Shown here: in pieces, positions 63,550 through 64,000 of the stretch | Numbering within the stretch: position 1 is the stretch's first letter | Layout: the number at the start of each line of letters is the position of its first letter | Assembly: GCA_964035575.1 (NCBI GenBank) | Contig: OZ037836.1 | Coordinates: 310,001 to 374,000 of the forward strand | Source: Rhynchopus sp. YZ270_cl-10 | Lineage: Eukaryota | DNA length: 64,000 nucleotides | Direction of reading: 5' to 3' | Made by a program: the position numbers and the translations under genes | The notes under the pieces: model-generated | Told to the model about the DNA's origin: nothing | What the model saw: only the letters and a program-made list of their open reading frames with translations | Database searches by the model: none

Positions 63550-64000
63550 TCACATGCACACACATTTGCACTTGGTATCGTCCATCATGAGGCGACCGCT
63601 AGTTACATATTCTGACACAACTCTGCTCGATCCTGTGACGTTGATGCTGCTTGTAGGTATGTTGCATCCTTTTAGGGTGCCTGTCCCAACGTGCGACACA
63701 CTCGTCCACCCAGACAAGTCAAGTGTGGTCAATGCGCTGCAGTTGGACAGGCACGAACGTCCAATCTGCGAAACATTGCTCCACCCAGACAAGTCCAGTG
63801 TCGTTAACGAGGTGCAGCCGCCGAGGAAGTAGTCCTCAACCTGCGTCACATTGCTCCACCCAGATAAGTCCAGTGTTTGCAATGCGCTGCACTCGGAGAG
63901 GAAACAGATCCCAATCCGCGTCACATTGTTCCACCTAGAAATACCCAGTGTGGTCAATGAGCTGCAGTTGGAGAGAAAGTAGTCATCAACCCGCGTCGCA
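63550..64000 (-). CDS. LRR-CaaX protein, 3' part (5' end beyond window)
   Basis: LDLSGW repeats ending DTKCKCVCM. Confidence 0.88.
   Translation of the reverse strand, partial: ATRVDDYFLSNCSSLTTLGISRWNNVTRIGICFLSECSALQTLDLSGWSNVTQVEDYFLGGCTSLTTLDLSGWSNVSQIGRSCLSNCSALTTLDLSGWTSVSHVGTGTLKGCNIPTSSINVTGSSRVVSEYVTSGRLMMDDTKCKCVCM

Noticed and set aside
11123..64000. Diversity-generating retroelement (RT plus template/variable repeats) acting on the LRRs
   Set aside because: The RTs are APE-type LINE enzymes flanked by TSDs. I saw no TR/VR pair with adenine-restricted differences, though this was not computed exhaustively.

Overview
This is eukaryotic DNA, probably euglenozoan and possibly diplonemid. 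That assignment is an inference from the kinetoplastid-like HSP70 N-terminus and the intronless, single-strand gene cluster. All credible genes lie on the minus strand. The backbone is a tandem array of about 13 genes or fragments encoding an N-terminal ubiquitin-like domain plus 25-aa (75-bp) leucine-rich repeats. They end either in a CaaX prenylation tail (CKCVCM/CVFM) or in a bipartite-NLS-like tail. One HSP70 lacking EEVD sits inside the array. The array is invaded, always in sense orientation, by two families of two-ORF APE-RT non-LTR retrotransposons. Family A has four copies plus a 616-bp non-autonomous partner, and all five insert at the same codon register of the LRR motif (C-x|x-L-x-x-L-D), with 17-20 bp TSDs where both ends are visible. 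Family B has one copy in the UBL-LRR linker with a 20-bp TSD. Both families begin with an HDV-like ribozyme fold at their 5' end, lack poly(A) tails, encode an OTU protease domain in ORF1 and carry repeated CxxH..CxxC..CC..HH modules at the ORF2 C-terminus. Family B links ORF1 to ORF2 through an in-frame UGA-CGG stop followed by a T2A-like peptide. Also present are a TA-flanked Tc1/mariner-pogo-type non-autonomous DNA transposon, a 7-bp satellite, a palindromic repeat cluster and a dispersed intergenic motif resembling a minimal HDV-like ribozyme.
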